Made by a program: the position numbers and the translations under genes | Assembly (NCBI GenBank): GCA_951406725.2 | Contig: OX597821.1 | Location: 32,302,001 to 32,366,000 of the forward strand | Direction of reading: 5' to 3' | Source of the DNA: Octopus vulgaris | Taxonomy: Eukaryota | DNA: 64,000 nt | Part shown: in pieces, positions 1-13,080 of the stretch | Layout of the letters: every line of letters starts with the position of its first letter | Position numbering within the stretch: position 1 is the first letter of the stretch | Notes under the pieces: generated by a model | What the model was told of the DNA's origin: nothing | Database searches by the model: none | What the model saw: the letters and a program-made list of their open reading frames with translations, nothing else

Positions 1-99
1 AGATCTAATATGCTTTCAATAACAACGATAATAACGTCAGTATCACCATTATCTAGTCGATCTTTCTCAGACATTTTTAACCCGCTGACACCATCTATC

Positions 100-660
100 T
101 TGATCTACATTACATGAAAGAGGGCTCTAGGGAGACATCCACTGTTTCTGATAAGTTCATCTACATATGTCGGTTCTGATGACTTGCTCGAACACGGTCA
201 TGCTTTGTTATCCATTGCAGCTGGTCACTTACCAGCTTGCCAGCAATGTCCTGCGAAGTACAAGCGCCTTTCTCTTATAATGGTGGAATTCTCTTAATGT
301 TATCTGACGGTTGACTTTTCAGATAACATCCAGTATTCTTAAGAACGACCATGCTTGGGTTGTCCGAGTTTTTACATCCTTTTCAGTCGAACCTATGTAA
401 GAACCGATGTACATGAAGTCCTCTACGTGACTGATGGGCTTTTCACTGATGCTGCTGATGGCTCCTTGCTGACTGTGAGCAATGAACTTGGATTTACTAG
501 GATTAAGAAGTAAGCCAACATCATGTGCAGTTAATTCTAAACCTTGAAGTAATTGAATAGAGTTTAATATTGTCAGTGAGGAAGGCTAAATCATCAGCAT
601 AAGCTACATCAGTTATTTTTTGATCTCTAGATGTCCGATTGATCTTCCTTTCGTGAGTGT
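100..660 (-). mobile_element. RTE-clade LINE fragment (RT core to C-terminus), decayed
   Basis: Minus strand reads KITDVAYADDLAFL (YADD near 590-605), ..GLLLNPSKSK..HVEDFMYIGSYIGSTEKDVKTR and IRERRLYFAGHCW, typical RTE ORF2 motifs; frameshifts and deletions present. Confidence 0.85.
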
Positions 661-1384
661 GAAACTGGGGCTGTTGGAATTGACAAGTGATAAACTGATC
701 TGGTTACAAATAAATGATCATGAAAAGAAAACTTTATCTAGTTAAGTTGAAATGCCAGATTTGTTATGACGAAAGAAAAATTATTGCACTGCGCATGCAA
801 TTGGGGTATTAAGACTACGAATAACAGGGAGGGGAAAATACTAACCATATCACTAATTAATTCTTTTTGGAATTCTTTTCTTATTTTGTCAATGAAGGAA
901 ATTGTTTAGAAACATATGAGATTTTGAATAAAATCAAGCTGGCTGTATTAGACAAAAAGAATTAATCCTCACAATGAACAAGTTTTATTTATGTGCGTAG
1001 ATGTTATTGCAGGCTGTCTTCGGATCATAAACAATTGCCTTCTGTGCAAAAGTTTAGAACTTTTCTCTGTAGTTCTAAACTCGAAATAATCTAGAGTATT
1101 ACTATTGTAATGATTGAAGATTAACATAATAATGAACTGCCGTGAGTCTTTGGCGACAGGAGCATACGCCCCAAAGGATATATCTTTTACAAGAGTATTC
1201 AATTTCCAATGATCAGATTTCTATTCCTAGAGGGTGTCTACAAATAAAATATTTTGAGTTGAGTGCCTTTCTCAACGAAACAACGAAAGTGTTCGGCAAA
1301 ACGAAAACGACAATATGTTGAGAGCACTTTATTATTAAGAGAAATTATTTATCCACAAATGCAATACATTCTTGTATTTTATAA

Positions 1385-1494
<110 letters not shown>

Positions 1495-1600
1495 ACAAAT
1501 ATACATGCATACAAATACACAAACGCACGCAAACGTACGCACACACATATAAATATATAAATAAATAAATAAATAAATATATATATATATGTATATATAC

Positions 1601-1631
<31 letters not shown>

Positions 1632-1872
1632 TTTGTGTGATGGAATATATATATACATTGTTGTGTGTGATTTCTGTATGTGTTCGATGTATGCATTTAT
1701 ATTTGAAGATTCGTTTTTGTATGCGACTTTGGTGAAATTGATATAGTAACATAAAATGCCAAGTCACTAGTAATATATAAACGGGGAGCTGTGTGTGTAT
1801 GTGTGTATGTGCAAGTGTTTGTGTGCGTATGTGTGCGGGTGCATTGCGGAACAGTGAAATCCAATAACTTAC

Positions 1873-1912
1873 CTTATATTTCAATAGAAATGTGGGGGCA
1901 TGGACAATTTTC
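1873..1912 (-). CDS. Weak candidate 40-nt exon (xKIVHAPTFLLKYK)
   Basis: gtaactacag|GAAAATT...TATAAG|gtaagt; only the phase-2 entry frame is open, matching a possible phase-2 donor at 16612. No homology recognised. Confidence 0.3.
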
Positions 1913-2814
1913 CTGTAGTTACATAACCAATTTATTGCGACACTCACTCTCACCACACCGAACTCGTTGTATAAACAGCAGAATATTAAGAATAAATCTC
2001 AAACCATTAGTAATAAACAAAATAAAATCCTTTATTTGTTGGGCGAAATTAAATTCAACAGATGCTCTTACCGTGTAGATCAGACTGATATTGACATTAT
2101 TAAATACCTACATATTAAAAGATGCTTCCGCTAATATTTCTTTCTTTAAACTCTTTGAACTCTCTTGAGACCAAGACCTGCAGTAATTTCACGTATTATG
2201 CTTGAAATTGTCGCCTCTTCAGATATTGGAATTTCATGAAAATGTTCATTCGAATATATTATCTTTCGACTTTTTCAGAACCATTGTGATATTAGAGAAT
2301 TAGACATTGGTGGAAATATAATTGCATTCTCGAATATAATAGCACGGTAAAGTAATATATTCTCCCATACAGCGAGGCGCCACGCTAAGGAATATTAAAA
2401 ACTTTGTGAATGTGATGTAAATCATACAGATTCATATAGGTTTCAGTTTGATAGACGAACAATTTGTCCTGATATATAGCTCAAGACTTATGTCAGTGTA
2501 AGCACAGTACTTATTCACCATCCTATAAAAAATAACAAATTTTTAAATACACTGCTGTTTTCCATGTTTATCAAAAGAATAATGTAAACCTTTGCTAGAT
2601 AGTATAACAGACGTAGTGAATATGTGACACAAGTTCGATACCCAATAAATCCTTGTTTGTTTCATTTTACGAATATCTTATTACTGCTACTTTGGACTGT
2701 AACCAGTATAAATTCAAAAAGTAATGCGGTGCCCACGTGTTAACTAATAAAATGATAAATATATTTCTGCTACTAATGAAGGTGCAATGGCGATCACGAG
2801 CTGTTAAATGTCGA

Positions 2815-3027
2815 ATCTTTTACTTGTTTCAGTCATTAGACTGCGGTTATGTTAGAGAACCGTCTAGAAGAATATTTAGTCGAATAGGAAGACCCCAGTA
2901 CTTATCTTTTAATGCTTGGGATTTATATTCTATGAGGTCTTTTTTGCCAAACGACTAAGTTACAGTGACTTAAACACACCATTACCGGTTATCAAGCAGT
3001 GTGTCCGGGGTCAAACATAAAGACACA

Positions 3028-3030
<3 letters not shown>
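2815..3030 (-). mobile_element. SINE family A, old 3' portion
   Basis: Diverged match to the family A tail (cttgtttcagtcatt..gactgcgg; taaacacacc..accggtt..tcaagc). Confidence 0.75.
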
Positions 3031-3079
<49 letters not shown>

Positions 3080-3080
<1 letters not shown>

Positions 3081-3126
3081 TGGCACTCCGTCGGTTACGC
3101 TGATGAGGGCTCCAGCTGATGCGATC

Positions 3127-3212
<86 letters not shown>

Positions 3213-3218
3213 TAATAA
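3080..3218 (-). mobile_element. Short SINE family C 3' tail fragment followed by (AAT)n
   Basis: Reverse complement gatcgcatcagctggagccctcatcagcgtaaccgacggagt matches the tail of the 40525-40849 SINE. Confidence 0.75.
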
Positions 3219-4540
3219 GCAAAGTTAGTTGCTTGTGTTCAGGGAGGAGAGTGATCAACACAGAAATTATTGCAATACACAACTTACATTGTTCCGGTTC
3301 ATTCTCACACCTAGCTGCCTTATCCACTTTTGCCAGTACACTGTGCTAGTAAACATTGGAATTGATTATTTCAATGTGTCCATCCCCAAAATACGTTGTA
3401 TTGTATATGCTGTTAGAAATCAATATTTGTCGAAGTATGCTCCAAAAATATTAACAAATCGAAACTTCTATTTGCAAAGTAATAACAAGTTTATATAGAT
3501 ACGTTGAATTCCAAAAGTAAGAAACATATTTGTTCTCATGGCATGTTGTTTACAAAATCGGAAATGTTTAAGTAGTTATTTAAGCTTCTGTAATTTATTT
3601 TCATGACTTATCTTTAAAACTCTTCAAAATGAAGTAACAGTTACGTGTTTTTTATGAATATCTTTCCATATTTCCATACATTAAAAAAAAAAATTTACTC
3701 CAATATTTTAATCAAATTCCCGGCGTCTGATAATATTTTTTTTCTTTTTTCAAAAGGTAATTAGATATCTATATGGTACACGTAGTTATGCATTTAGATT
3801 TGCTGGAAATATATTTCCTCATCTTCAAAAACATCTTGAATGCTTGACATGAGAGACTGTCGCAGCAAGTTGAAGTATATGGTGTCATTCACATTAACGT
3901 CAATAGTTAACGGTCCACTTAAAGTTTTGATAAGGCGCTCCATATTTTAACTCCCAGCAAATTACGTTCCTTCGTATATGCAGGTTTTCTGGATCCCAGT
4001 AGGGGCTACTGTGGCGGTTAATTGAATCAGTTAATTTAAATATAGCCTCATTACTAAAAAAAATGTTTGTTGCAATGTGTACATCTTTTACACATGTAGC
4101 CTATTGCCGTTCACAATACTCAGTTGGAGCATATGCTCTTCTCGGCAGGTGACGTTTCTAATGAGGGCGCTTCACAAATCTGATCAATGCTGGAGTTTGA
4201 AATTCCAGAGTCTGCGGTGTCTGGGAGCGTTTCTTGCGGACACTCAGAACATTTTCTTCTGCATCAGGCTTGTTGCTATTTCGAATGACAGTCAATCACG
4301 TAGATGGTTTCGCCTTTTTATTTCGACTGCATTTTCAAATTTCCAGTAGCATTTTCAAGCTTCCCCTACCTTAAAGTTCAGTTTCATGCGGTTATTTTTT
4401 TTATTATTTCTAATGAAATAAATCTAAAAGTAAATTATTATGTTAGTTTTCAGCCGTTAAAGAACGTACATATTTTATAGATAGCTAATATATATGCACT
4501 GTTTAAAATATATATGCATATAAACTATATGTACATAATT

Positions 4541-4705
4541 AGGCGCAGGCCTGGTTGTCTTGTAGGAAGTTTGATTCTGCACCACACGTTTTCGAGTTTC
4601 TTTGTATGACATCTTGAGCAAGAATTTCCTACTATTTCCTCTGCCCGGCCAAAGCTTTCTGAATGTATTTGGTAGACGAAAACTGCAGGTAGCCCGACGT
4701 GTGCA

Positions 4706-4750
<45 letters not shown>

Positions 4751-4858
4751 ATATATGCGCGTGTGTGTGTAAGTGTGTGTGAATCCCTACCAACGCGCGA
4801 CAACCGGTGTTGGTGTGTTTCTTCTCCCTTAACTTAGAGATTCGTCAAAAGATGTCCT
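4541..4858 (+). mobile_element. SINE family A, diverged copy
   Basis: aggcgcagg head, gagcaag..ctactat core, tttggtagacg, internal TA/TG run, caaccggtgttggtgtgttt. Confidence 0.8.
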
Positions 4859-5229
4859 GGTTTTCTCAAGCTCGCAGGATTCCAGCAGTTACGTTTAGTT
4901 TATCACAACGTCTTAATGACAAAATTAAAACAGGTTTTCGCAGCACCGATAATAAATTAAAATGGATATCGGGTAACTTGTTAATTTTATCCAATCACTC
5001 GAATGTTTCCAAATTTTAACTTGAAAATTTTCAAAAACGCTACTTGGATGCTGAATACAAAAATCACTTTCGAAAATTTGACATTAAATAAGTTAGAAAC
5101 ATGTACAGTTCCGCAATTTCGGCTACTGAAACAAATCCGGTGTCCTAACAACGGAAGTCAAAACACTTTGATGTTAAAGTACCGTATACAAATGTTTTAA
5201 ACTGAAGACATAATGGGAGCTTATGTTTT

Positions 5230-5348
5230 GATTTCAAATTCTGGCAGAGGTCAGCAGTTCAAGGGGTAGGACTAAGTTGAGTGCGTCGACTCCAGTGCTC
5301 AGGTGGTACTTAATTTATCGAGCTCGAAAGGATGAAGGGCAAAGTCGG
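5230..5348 (-). mobile_element. SINE family B fragment
   Basis: ggtacttaatttatcga..cgaaaggatgaagggcaaagtcg matches the family B body. Confidence 0.75.
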
Positions 5349-5829
5349 CTATGCTGACGAATACATAAAATTGAAATTGAAAACCCAGGTAGATTTGGAA
5401 CATTCTCTCTGCTTCTCTTCCAGCTCAGGTTTATGGAAGAAGGTTCCATTTACACGACCTTTTACGAGAAAGCAGCCAGTAAGATCCTGTTTGTAAATTA
5501 TATATCGACCCCATTCTTCAGAACAAAAGGTGCCTACGTACAAATCGAAATCGCAGGTATAAGCGACAGGTGCATTGACACAGTTGGTAAAGATAGCAAA
5601 ACGAAACGGTAGCACACAATCTTACTAAACAAATCTTACTAAATGACAGCAAATCAGCAGCGCTGAAGTTAATGACCTTCATAAGGAGGCCATAATTCAA
5701 GCCCGGCTGTGCTTTCTACCTTCATATGATTGGTAGCGAGAAACTAAACATACATTCAGGTCCATAGTCGAATAGATTTCTTTCCAGAAACCGTACGACA
5801 CATAGCATTGCGGTGTGCACACAATATAA

Positions 5830-6300
5830 TTGTGCTTTCAATATTATAAAAACGTCTATATTATAAAAAGTGCCTATGTAGAGCATAAGGAAGCCTGCAG
5901 AAAAGATGGTAGATCATCGTGAGCATCGTAAAAAAAAACTGCTTATTCGTTATCAAGGGTCATATTCGCACAAATTCCCATGGAAGTGCCTGATCAAGGT
6001 TTCTACAATATGCATTAAGGCCACCGAACGTAATATGAGCAACCTTCGGATCAAAGTGTCCATCTTTATTCACGTAGTAAAGCCACTACTAAACAAAGAA
6101 AGGTGCTATACGAAGCATGCTGACTGTTATAACATCATTAATATGTTCATGTCACAAACATCGCCGACGTATCTGAACAACATCTTATCACATGTCTCAT
6201 TTTACATTCTCCCACATGTCCTGATGAAGAGTCCATAAATCTTAAATATTCAAATATAAGATAAAACTTCAGTTGTTTTTTCTGTCTTGACATTTATAGT
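5830..6300 (+). mobile_element. Penelope-like element remnant (GIY-YIG C-terminus plus pseudo-LTR)
   Basis: ERNMSNLRIKVSIFIHVVKPLLNKE resembles the GIY-YIG C-terminal E..I....P.LN motif; CTGATGA (hammerhead core-like) at 6221-6227. Confidence 0.5.
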
Positions 6301-6453
6301 TAACGTGGTAGTTCATTTCGCATTGTCTCAGTCTTCTCAAGTATTTATTATACTACATACATACATACATAATACATGCACACATATATACATAACTACA
6401 TGCATACATACATACATCTACACATACTTAGATAGATAGATAGCTAGATATAA

Positions 6454-6454
<1 letters not shown>

Positions 6455-6508
<54 letters not shown>

Positions 6509-6517
6509 TAGATAGAC

Positions 6518-6584
<67 letters not shown>

Positions 6585-6635
6585 ACTTCTGAAATTTCAA
6601 AGAGCGACACATATTTGTTCTCGTTACAAGGTGTA

Positions 6636-6700
<65 letters not shown>
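6455..6700. repeat. Compound (TA)n-(GA)n-(GATA)n and (TA)n
   Basis: Directly visible. Confidence 0.95.
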
Positions 6701-6703
<3 letters not shown>

Positions 6704-7275
6704 CAATAACTCAATTGAAATTCCCTTATTATCTTCACCTCTACTTGGATAGTCATTAGGCCAAAAACATCTGCAAGTTCTTTCCATAGAGAGATTGCTA
6801 GCTTGGAGTTGTTTTTATGTAAAATGCAAATTAAGTCTCACCTGAAATTTCCAATTTAATTTACATAAAAGAAAATGTTAAAAGTTGTCATAAATAATTA
6901 AACTAACGTTTATGCAGTAGTTACATTTTACTGAATAATCAAAATTATGTACGATTTTTTGCCTTGCAGGAAAATCTAAAGAAGTATACACAATTGGATA
7001 TATCCATTGTAGATAGAAATTCTTGAGAATTGCCTTGGGCAAACGCATTTGTGTTTGAAGTCCCAGCCGAGTAGCTGCACCATCATAGGCTACTCCCATG
7101 AAACTTAACTGTTTATGGCACTTTACATCAAACACAAACTGGAAAACATTTGCTATAGCCACTTTAATTTGCATAATACTATACTCTAAAGAAAATAACT
7201 GTTATTTAACCACCTAATATATATATTTACGCACACATACATATGTAAATATATGTATGGTACCCAGTCATATTA

Positions 7276-7510
7276 AGGCGGCGAGCTGGCAGAAACGTTA
7301 GCACGCCGGGCGAAATGCTTAGCAGTATTTCGTCTGCCGCTACGTTCTGAGTTCAAATTCCACCGTGGTCGACTTTGCCTTTCATCCTTTCGGGGTCGAT
7401 TAAATAAGTACCAGTTATGCACTGGGGTCTATATAATCGACTTAATCCGTTTGTCTGTCCTTGTTTGTCCCTTCTGTTTTTAGCCCCTTGTGGGTAGTAA
7501 AGAAATAGGT
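7276..7510 (+). mobile_element. SINE family B, full monomer (tRNA-derived head)
   Basis: aaggcggcgagctggcagaaacgttag (A-box-like), gagttcaaattcc (B-box), body ending gtagtaaagaaatag; several copies in the window. Confidence 0.92.
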
Positions 7511-7599
7511 ATGTAGGCATATACTTATATGTATAAGTGTGGTGGGACAGTGTGTACGCACACAAATATATACAGAGAAAGAGAGAGGGAGAAATGGAA

Positions 7600-8015
7600 A
7601 GAGTGAGTGAGTGAGTGAATGAGTGAGTGGATGAGTGAATGAGTTAGTGAGTGAGTGAGTGCGTGAGTGAGTGAGTGAGTGAGTGAATGAGTGAGTGCGT
7701 GAGTGAGTGAGTGCGTGAGTGAGTGAGTGTGTGAGTGAGTGTGTGAGTGAGTGAGTGGGTGAGTGAGTGCGTGAGTGTGTGAGTGAGTGCGTGAGTGAGT
7801 GAGTGAGTGAGTGAGTGCGTGAGTGAGTGAGTGCGCGAGTGCGTGACTAAGTGAGTGCGTGAGTGAGTGAGTGAGTGAGTGAGTGAGTGAGTGAGTGAGT
7901 GAGTGAGTGAGTGAGTGAGTGAGTGAGTGAGTGAGTGCGTGAGAGATTGAGTGAGTGAGTGAGTGAGCGAGTGAGTGAGTGGGCGAGTGAATGAGTTAGT
8001 GAATGCGTGAGTAGG
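7600..8015. repeat. About 400-bp imperfect (GAGT)n array
   Basis: Directly visible, with GCGT and GTGT variant units. Confidence 0.97.
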
Positions 8016-8632
8016 TGAGAGTTTCTTCTGCTCATCAAACTTCCTGAAGAAAAGCTTTGGACAGTCAAATACACTTCCACGCATTTACACTCTCTCTCTC
8101 ATTGAGTGTCAGACTTATCATTACACCTAAAAATTTGTTCTCTGTGTTGTTATTCTCTTCGTAAATGTTGGCGCTGATTCAGTATATGCCTGTCTTTGTG
8201 AATGCGTATGAAGTGAGGGTGTATGCGTATTACTGCGTGTATGAGCATTTATGCGCGCGTGTTCGTTGTATATCTGTATTTTTTCCGAGAGATTTTCCAC
8301 ATGATAAACAATAAGCGAGAGAGTAAATTGAAATTTAAAACCAGACACATTAAACGCATACAGTTGAAAAAAAAATACCTCGCTTACTAGAATGAAATTT
8401 ATATAGACACGCTGTAAGAGTGACAAAAATATAGACAAACTTGTAAGTATAACGAAAACACAAGTCTATGAAATCAGGTATTGGTCTGCATCATATCAAA
8501 CAGTTAATATCATTTGACACACATTGTAAATATTTTATAGATTTTCATAGAGATAGGTAGTTAAATAAGCCAGTCGATCAATAGCAGGAAAGGTGGATTC
8601 ATAGATAGAACGATCGATCGATCAATATATAT

Positions 8633-8634
<2 letters not shown>

Positions 8635-8675
<41 letters not shown>

Positions 8676-8706
8676 ATACATATATGTATATATATATGTA
8701 TGTATG

Positions 8707-8757
<51 letters not shown>

Positions 8758-8769
8758 ATATATGTTATG

Positions 8770-8800
<31 letters not shown>

Positions 8801-8811
8801 GTATATATATG

Positions 8812-8879
<68 letters not shown>
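8635..8879. repeat. (TA)n/(TG)n compound microsatellite
   Basis: Directly visible. Confidence 0.95.
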
Positions 8880-8883
<4 letters not shown>

Positions 8884-10278
8884 CTTAGTTTGTTGAGATG
8901 TGACAACTTTTACAAGTTTCTAGTCGGGAGTAAATGTTTTCGAACCTAATTATATTTATCTAGAAATTCTTGCTAAATCAAGTTAAAATGAAATACAAAA
9001 TAATATACCTCAATTCTCTGATATCCACCATTTTGCCTTTACTTCCCTCCTCGCTTATTTATATAAGCTTGTTTCTCTGCTTTCCCTATATTCCCTTATT
9101 GCAGAGAAGTAAATCCAGCGTTAGGAAGGTAAGAAAGAAAAGAATATACAAATTAGTACGAATAAATTTTCTGCGTTGATTCCTGGAGAAGTTTTTATTT
9201 CTTGGGTAATTTTTATTCTAGTTTTATAGCATTATTTTTTCTTAAACATACATACATGTATATATATAAATATATAAATATGTATATAATACACAGAAAC
9301 ACACACACACAAACACATAAATACAATTATTTGTCCTTTTTCTCTCGTTCTTGATTGACAGCAACACTGGCAAATATTTCTCGCTCTATAATAACGGATG
9401 CAGTTAGTTTGGAACCACTTCCTCTCACGATATATAGCATCTACGTATGTGCGTTTATATGTGCGTGTGCTTGTGTGCGTGTATATGTGTGTGAGTGTGT
9501 GCGTGTATGCGTGTTTGTATGCGTGTTTGTATGCGTGTATGTATGGTTTGTGGAGGTGTTTGTGTGAACACATATACGTATGTATGTATGTATTCATGTA
9601 TGTATGTAGACATGTATGTATGTATGTATGTATGTATGTATGTATGTATGTATGTGTGTATGTATATATGCTAATTCATTCAGCTGTTCACTTTCATCTT
9701 GTGGTTTTCGCTTTACATATTTTTCGTACACTGGAATGTCATAGTTTCCAATATTTCTTTTTGATTTGCTTGAAATTAAGATCATCATACAGCTTCGTTT
9801 TCCTTCGTTTAAGCCGAGGGAGATTTCCAACAACATATCAATAAATGCCCGTTCCTTGCAAGTCAATTTCATTACTTAACTCAGTCGAACATGTCTAATC
9901 TTGCCATTAGAGTGTAAAGCAAGTAAATGGGTGCCTGAAAATGTCATCAGCCTTCTTTTAACTGTACCCCATACGGTTGTTATTGATTCGTAACACTTTA
10001 AATTCAGTGTATTTCCTACTTTCCAAATATATTTCCTTATTATTTCATATACAAACAACATATCAAACTGTTGGAACAGTTCCTAACACTGGGCAGTAAC
10101 AAGAGACCTTAGATGTCAAGAAACCTCCAACGTATTCAACACTGTTTTCTGGTGCTGTATTAAATTAGGTTTTATGCCTATTATTATCATTATTTACGGA
10201 GATGTACTTGCATAGCGAGTGACTTGATCTGAGATCGTATGCTGGAACGAAAACAATTGCAGCGTGGAAGGTGTGTTT

Positions 10279-10475
10279 ATAAGCCATTTAAGAAACAGAC
10301 AAAACCGTTAGATTCACTTCAACATTTAAGTTTAATTTGTCAAAATATTTTCGTCGCTTTGAGACCGCGACCTGTTCACTTTGTCGCGGTCTCAAAGCGA
10401 CGAAAATATTTTAACAAATTAAATTTAAATGTTAAAGTGAATCTAACGGTTTTGTTTGTTTCTTAAATGGCTTAT
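10279..10475. repeat. Near-perfect foldback (about 93-bp arms, 11-nt loop), probably Penelope pseudo-LTR derived
   Basis: 10279-10371 is the reverse complement of 10383-10475 with few mismatches; the origin is inferred. Confidence 0.9.
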
Positions 10476-10519
10476 TATCATTATTATTCCTTCGTATCAC
10501 AGTGTAGGTAAAAATGCAC

Positions 10520-10890
10520 CGGAGAATTTAGTCACCTGCCAAGTCACAACAAGGGCCTCACACATAATACTTCGCTTATCATGTGCGTTGTGCCCAATAA
10601 GGCTGCTTTTTGCAAGACATCAATTTTGCATTGGATTTCCAGTTGTTTTAAGAAGTTTTGAAGTTTCAATGGGATTGAGCCGAACGCACCGATCACCATT
10701 GTTATCACTTTTACATTACCTTCTCGCATTCCATACAGTCTTGCCATTTCCACTTTGAATTCGGAGTACTTGGCGATTTTTTCAACCACTTCCCTCACAA
10801 CATTCATGTCATTTGGTATTGCTACATCAATGAGCTAACAATATTTGATTCTCTTATTCAACGTGACAATATCTGACCGACGGTGTTTCT
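10520..10890 (-). mobile_element. R4/Dong-type LINE 3' fragment (RLE endonuclease)
   Basis: HRRSDIV..LIDVAIPND..EKIAKYSE..VIGAFGSIP..LQKAALLGT: PD-(D/E)xK RLE C-terminus. Confidence 0.9.
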
Positions 10891-10914
10891 TTCAATAGGA
10901 TATCCGGCCGAATC

Positions 10915-10934
10915 ATTATTATTATTATTATTAT

Positions 10935-10972
<38 letters not shown>
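10915..10972. repeat. (ATT)n-(AGT)n run abutting a Dong 3' end
   Basis: Directly visible. Confidence 0.95.
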
Positions 10973-13080
10973 ACCTTAAATGCCAAGAACGCTCCTAAGC
11001 ATCCTACCTATCCCCGATAACACTGTTTTCTGGAGCTGTACTAAACTGGGTTTTATGCCTATTTCCTCTATCTCTTTGTTCAAATTTTTAGGGATACTTC
11101 CCAACGCATCTATAACTACTGGGATGCAATTTACCCGCACTTTCCATAGTCTCTGTAATTCAATGTATAGCTCCTGGTACTTTGTTATCCTTTTCTACAC
11201 CTCTTCTCCATCATTTGGGACTGTAACGTCAATTATCTAGCACTTCACTTTTTATTCTTTTTATCTACTACTACTAAATCATGTCTTCTAGCTTCTATTA
11301 CAAGGTCAGTCTGAATATTAAAGTCCCACAACATCTTATACTTCTTACTTTCCTTACTTTACTAGGTTCATGTTCATACCATTTATCAGTATGTTCAAAT
11401 CCAGCTTTCTACATAAATCCCAGTGGCTTACTCTCCCTAGGTTGTCACGACTTTTCTTGTAGTTTTTCTTTGACAGCATGCTATATTCACTTACTATGTG
11501 AGTAAAGCTTTCCGCTTTTGATTTGCATAGCCTACTTTGGGCAACTACTTGGTTTTTGTCTCTCTTGACTTTTATCCAATTAGTCCTTAATGCATGATCT
11601 TACGCTGCTTCTAACAAACTTTCTGTCTCTCTTTTCAGCCTTCCTTTCTGCAACCATAACCATGCCTCAATACTAGTATTTGCTGTAACTATGTTTGGGG
11701 ATGTACCATGCAAAGCTTTCTCCTTCTGGTTTTTAACTTCGCTTGTTGTTTTTATTTCCCTATGTCTCGCTGTGACTCTAGCGGATTTTAATAACATTTC
11801 TTCACTATTACCTACATAGAAGTTTATAACTACTCTAGCTAACTCCACTCTACTTGGTAAGTGTAATCTTGCTACCTCTGCCGTTGGGTAGAGTCTTCCT
11901 TTCATGTTGAATTCCTTCTTAGTTCTTCCGTCTAACTTTGTTGATTCAGTTGTTGTCCAATCTACAAAAGCCTCTGAGTATCAAAGTAATGATACAGTCC
12001 ATATATTTACAGCCTTCACTTGATTCGAACCATATTGGTTTGACTTCATTAACTTCCTTAACCGTTTGATGTACTCCTTAATTTTCGTTTTCATTTCTAT
12101 AGATAATACTCTGTCAGATTCTAATACTCCTAAATATTTATAACTCTCTCCTTTTATGATTTTAATGTCTCGCCATCTGTTAATTGGATGCCTTCACTGT
12201 TGGCTATCTGCGCCTTTCTCATAACTAATATTGCACACTTATCTATGCCAAATTCCATGCTTATATCTTTCTCATTGACTAAGTACATTTTCTCAAGAGA
12301 CTATTTGCATCTTGTGTTTCCTAAAATGTTCTGTTCCAGGTTTCCATACTATTCAGACCTTTTTTAAAGTCTTCATTTTATATTGTAATCACCTTTTCTA
12401 CATTCTACATTTTCTCTTTTTTAATCTTTCCTTGTGGAATATCTAATCTTCTAGTAACTACTACCCCTCTTGCATAGATCAAGCTACTGTCAACTGTATT
12501 TTATAATCTATCCTATTGATAACGGTATATACTTTCCTCGTCATATCTAGCAGCTTCCCATGGTACCGTTAATGCTGGCAATCTGTTTCTCATCAATTCC
12601 TGCAACTCATCTAAAATCTTATGATCTTCGTCACTTAAATAAGTTAAATCGCTGATGCCAGTTGTCCCTTCCTTATTCGTAGCGCTATTATTATTATTTC
12701 CTTTAGATTCCTCTTTGGCTTGAGCTGTATCTGTTGGTTGTCTTTTCCACTGCCTGGTCTTTCTTTTCCAGTTCTCTTGTGATCTCTTCCACCTCCAATT
12801 CTGTCATCCAATCCCTTCGCCTCATAGCATTAGCTTGATCTACAATTCTCTGCTCAGGCACCTTAAGCATACCTTTCTGTACCCAAAGTGTTAGAAATCC
12901 GTTATCTATAGCTCCTTCTTTTAGATTCACTTTCTAAATAACACTGCATCACTATCTTGATTTTGTCGCTGTTCCACTTCCTCCTCCTTGCACTATTATC
13001 TACTGATGTTGTATTAAGATAACAGCATTTGGTTTCTACGGGGCTTCCATGGGTAGCCATCGACAGTTCTCCGCTTGTTG
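10973..13080 (-). mobile_element. R4/Dong-type LINE with both ORF ends kept and the RT core deleted
   Basis: N-terminus RRRKWNSDKIKIVMQCYLES..EQRIVDQANAMRRRDWMTELE; jumps near 12290 to KDISMEFGIDKCAIL; then ARLHLP, KALHG..WLWLQKGRLKRETE, and RLE ending LQKTVLSGIGRMLRSVLGI*. Confidence 0.9.

Noticed and set aside
969-1202. 77-aa minus ORF
   Set aside because: No recognisable motif and no convincing in-frame splice sites.
2072-2470. Possible minus exons near the GTAAGA donor at about 2071
   Set aside because: Longer versions contain stops; the 36-nt version does not fit the phases of the other candidates.
7276-7365. tRNA-like sequences (also at 40525, 55500, 58665, 63628)
   Set aside because: SINE heads: continuous with SINE bodies, no proper cloverleaf.
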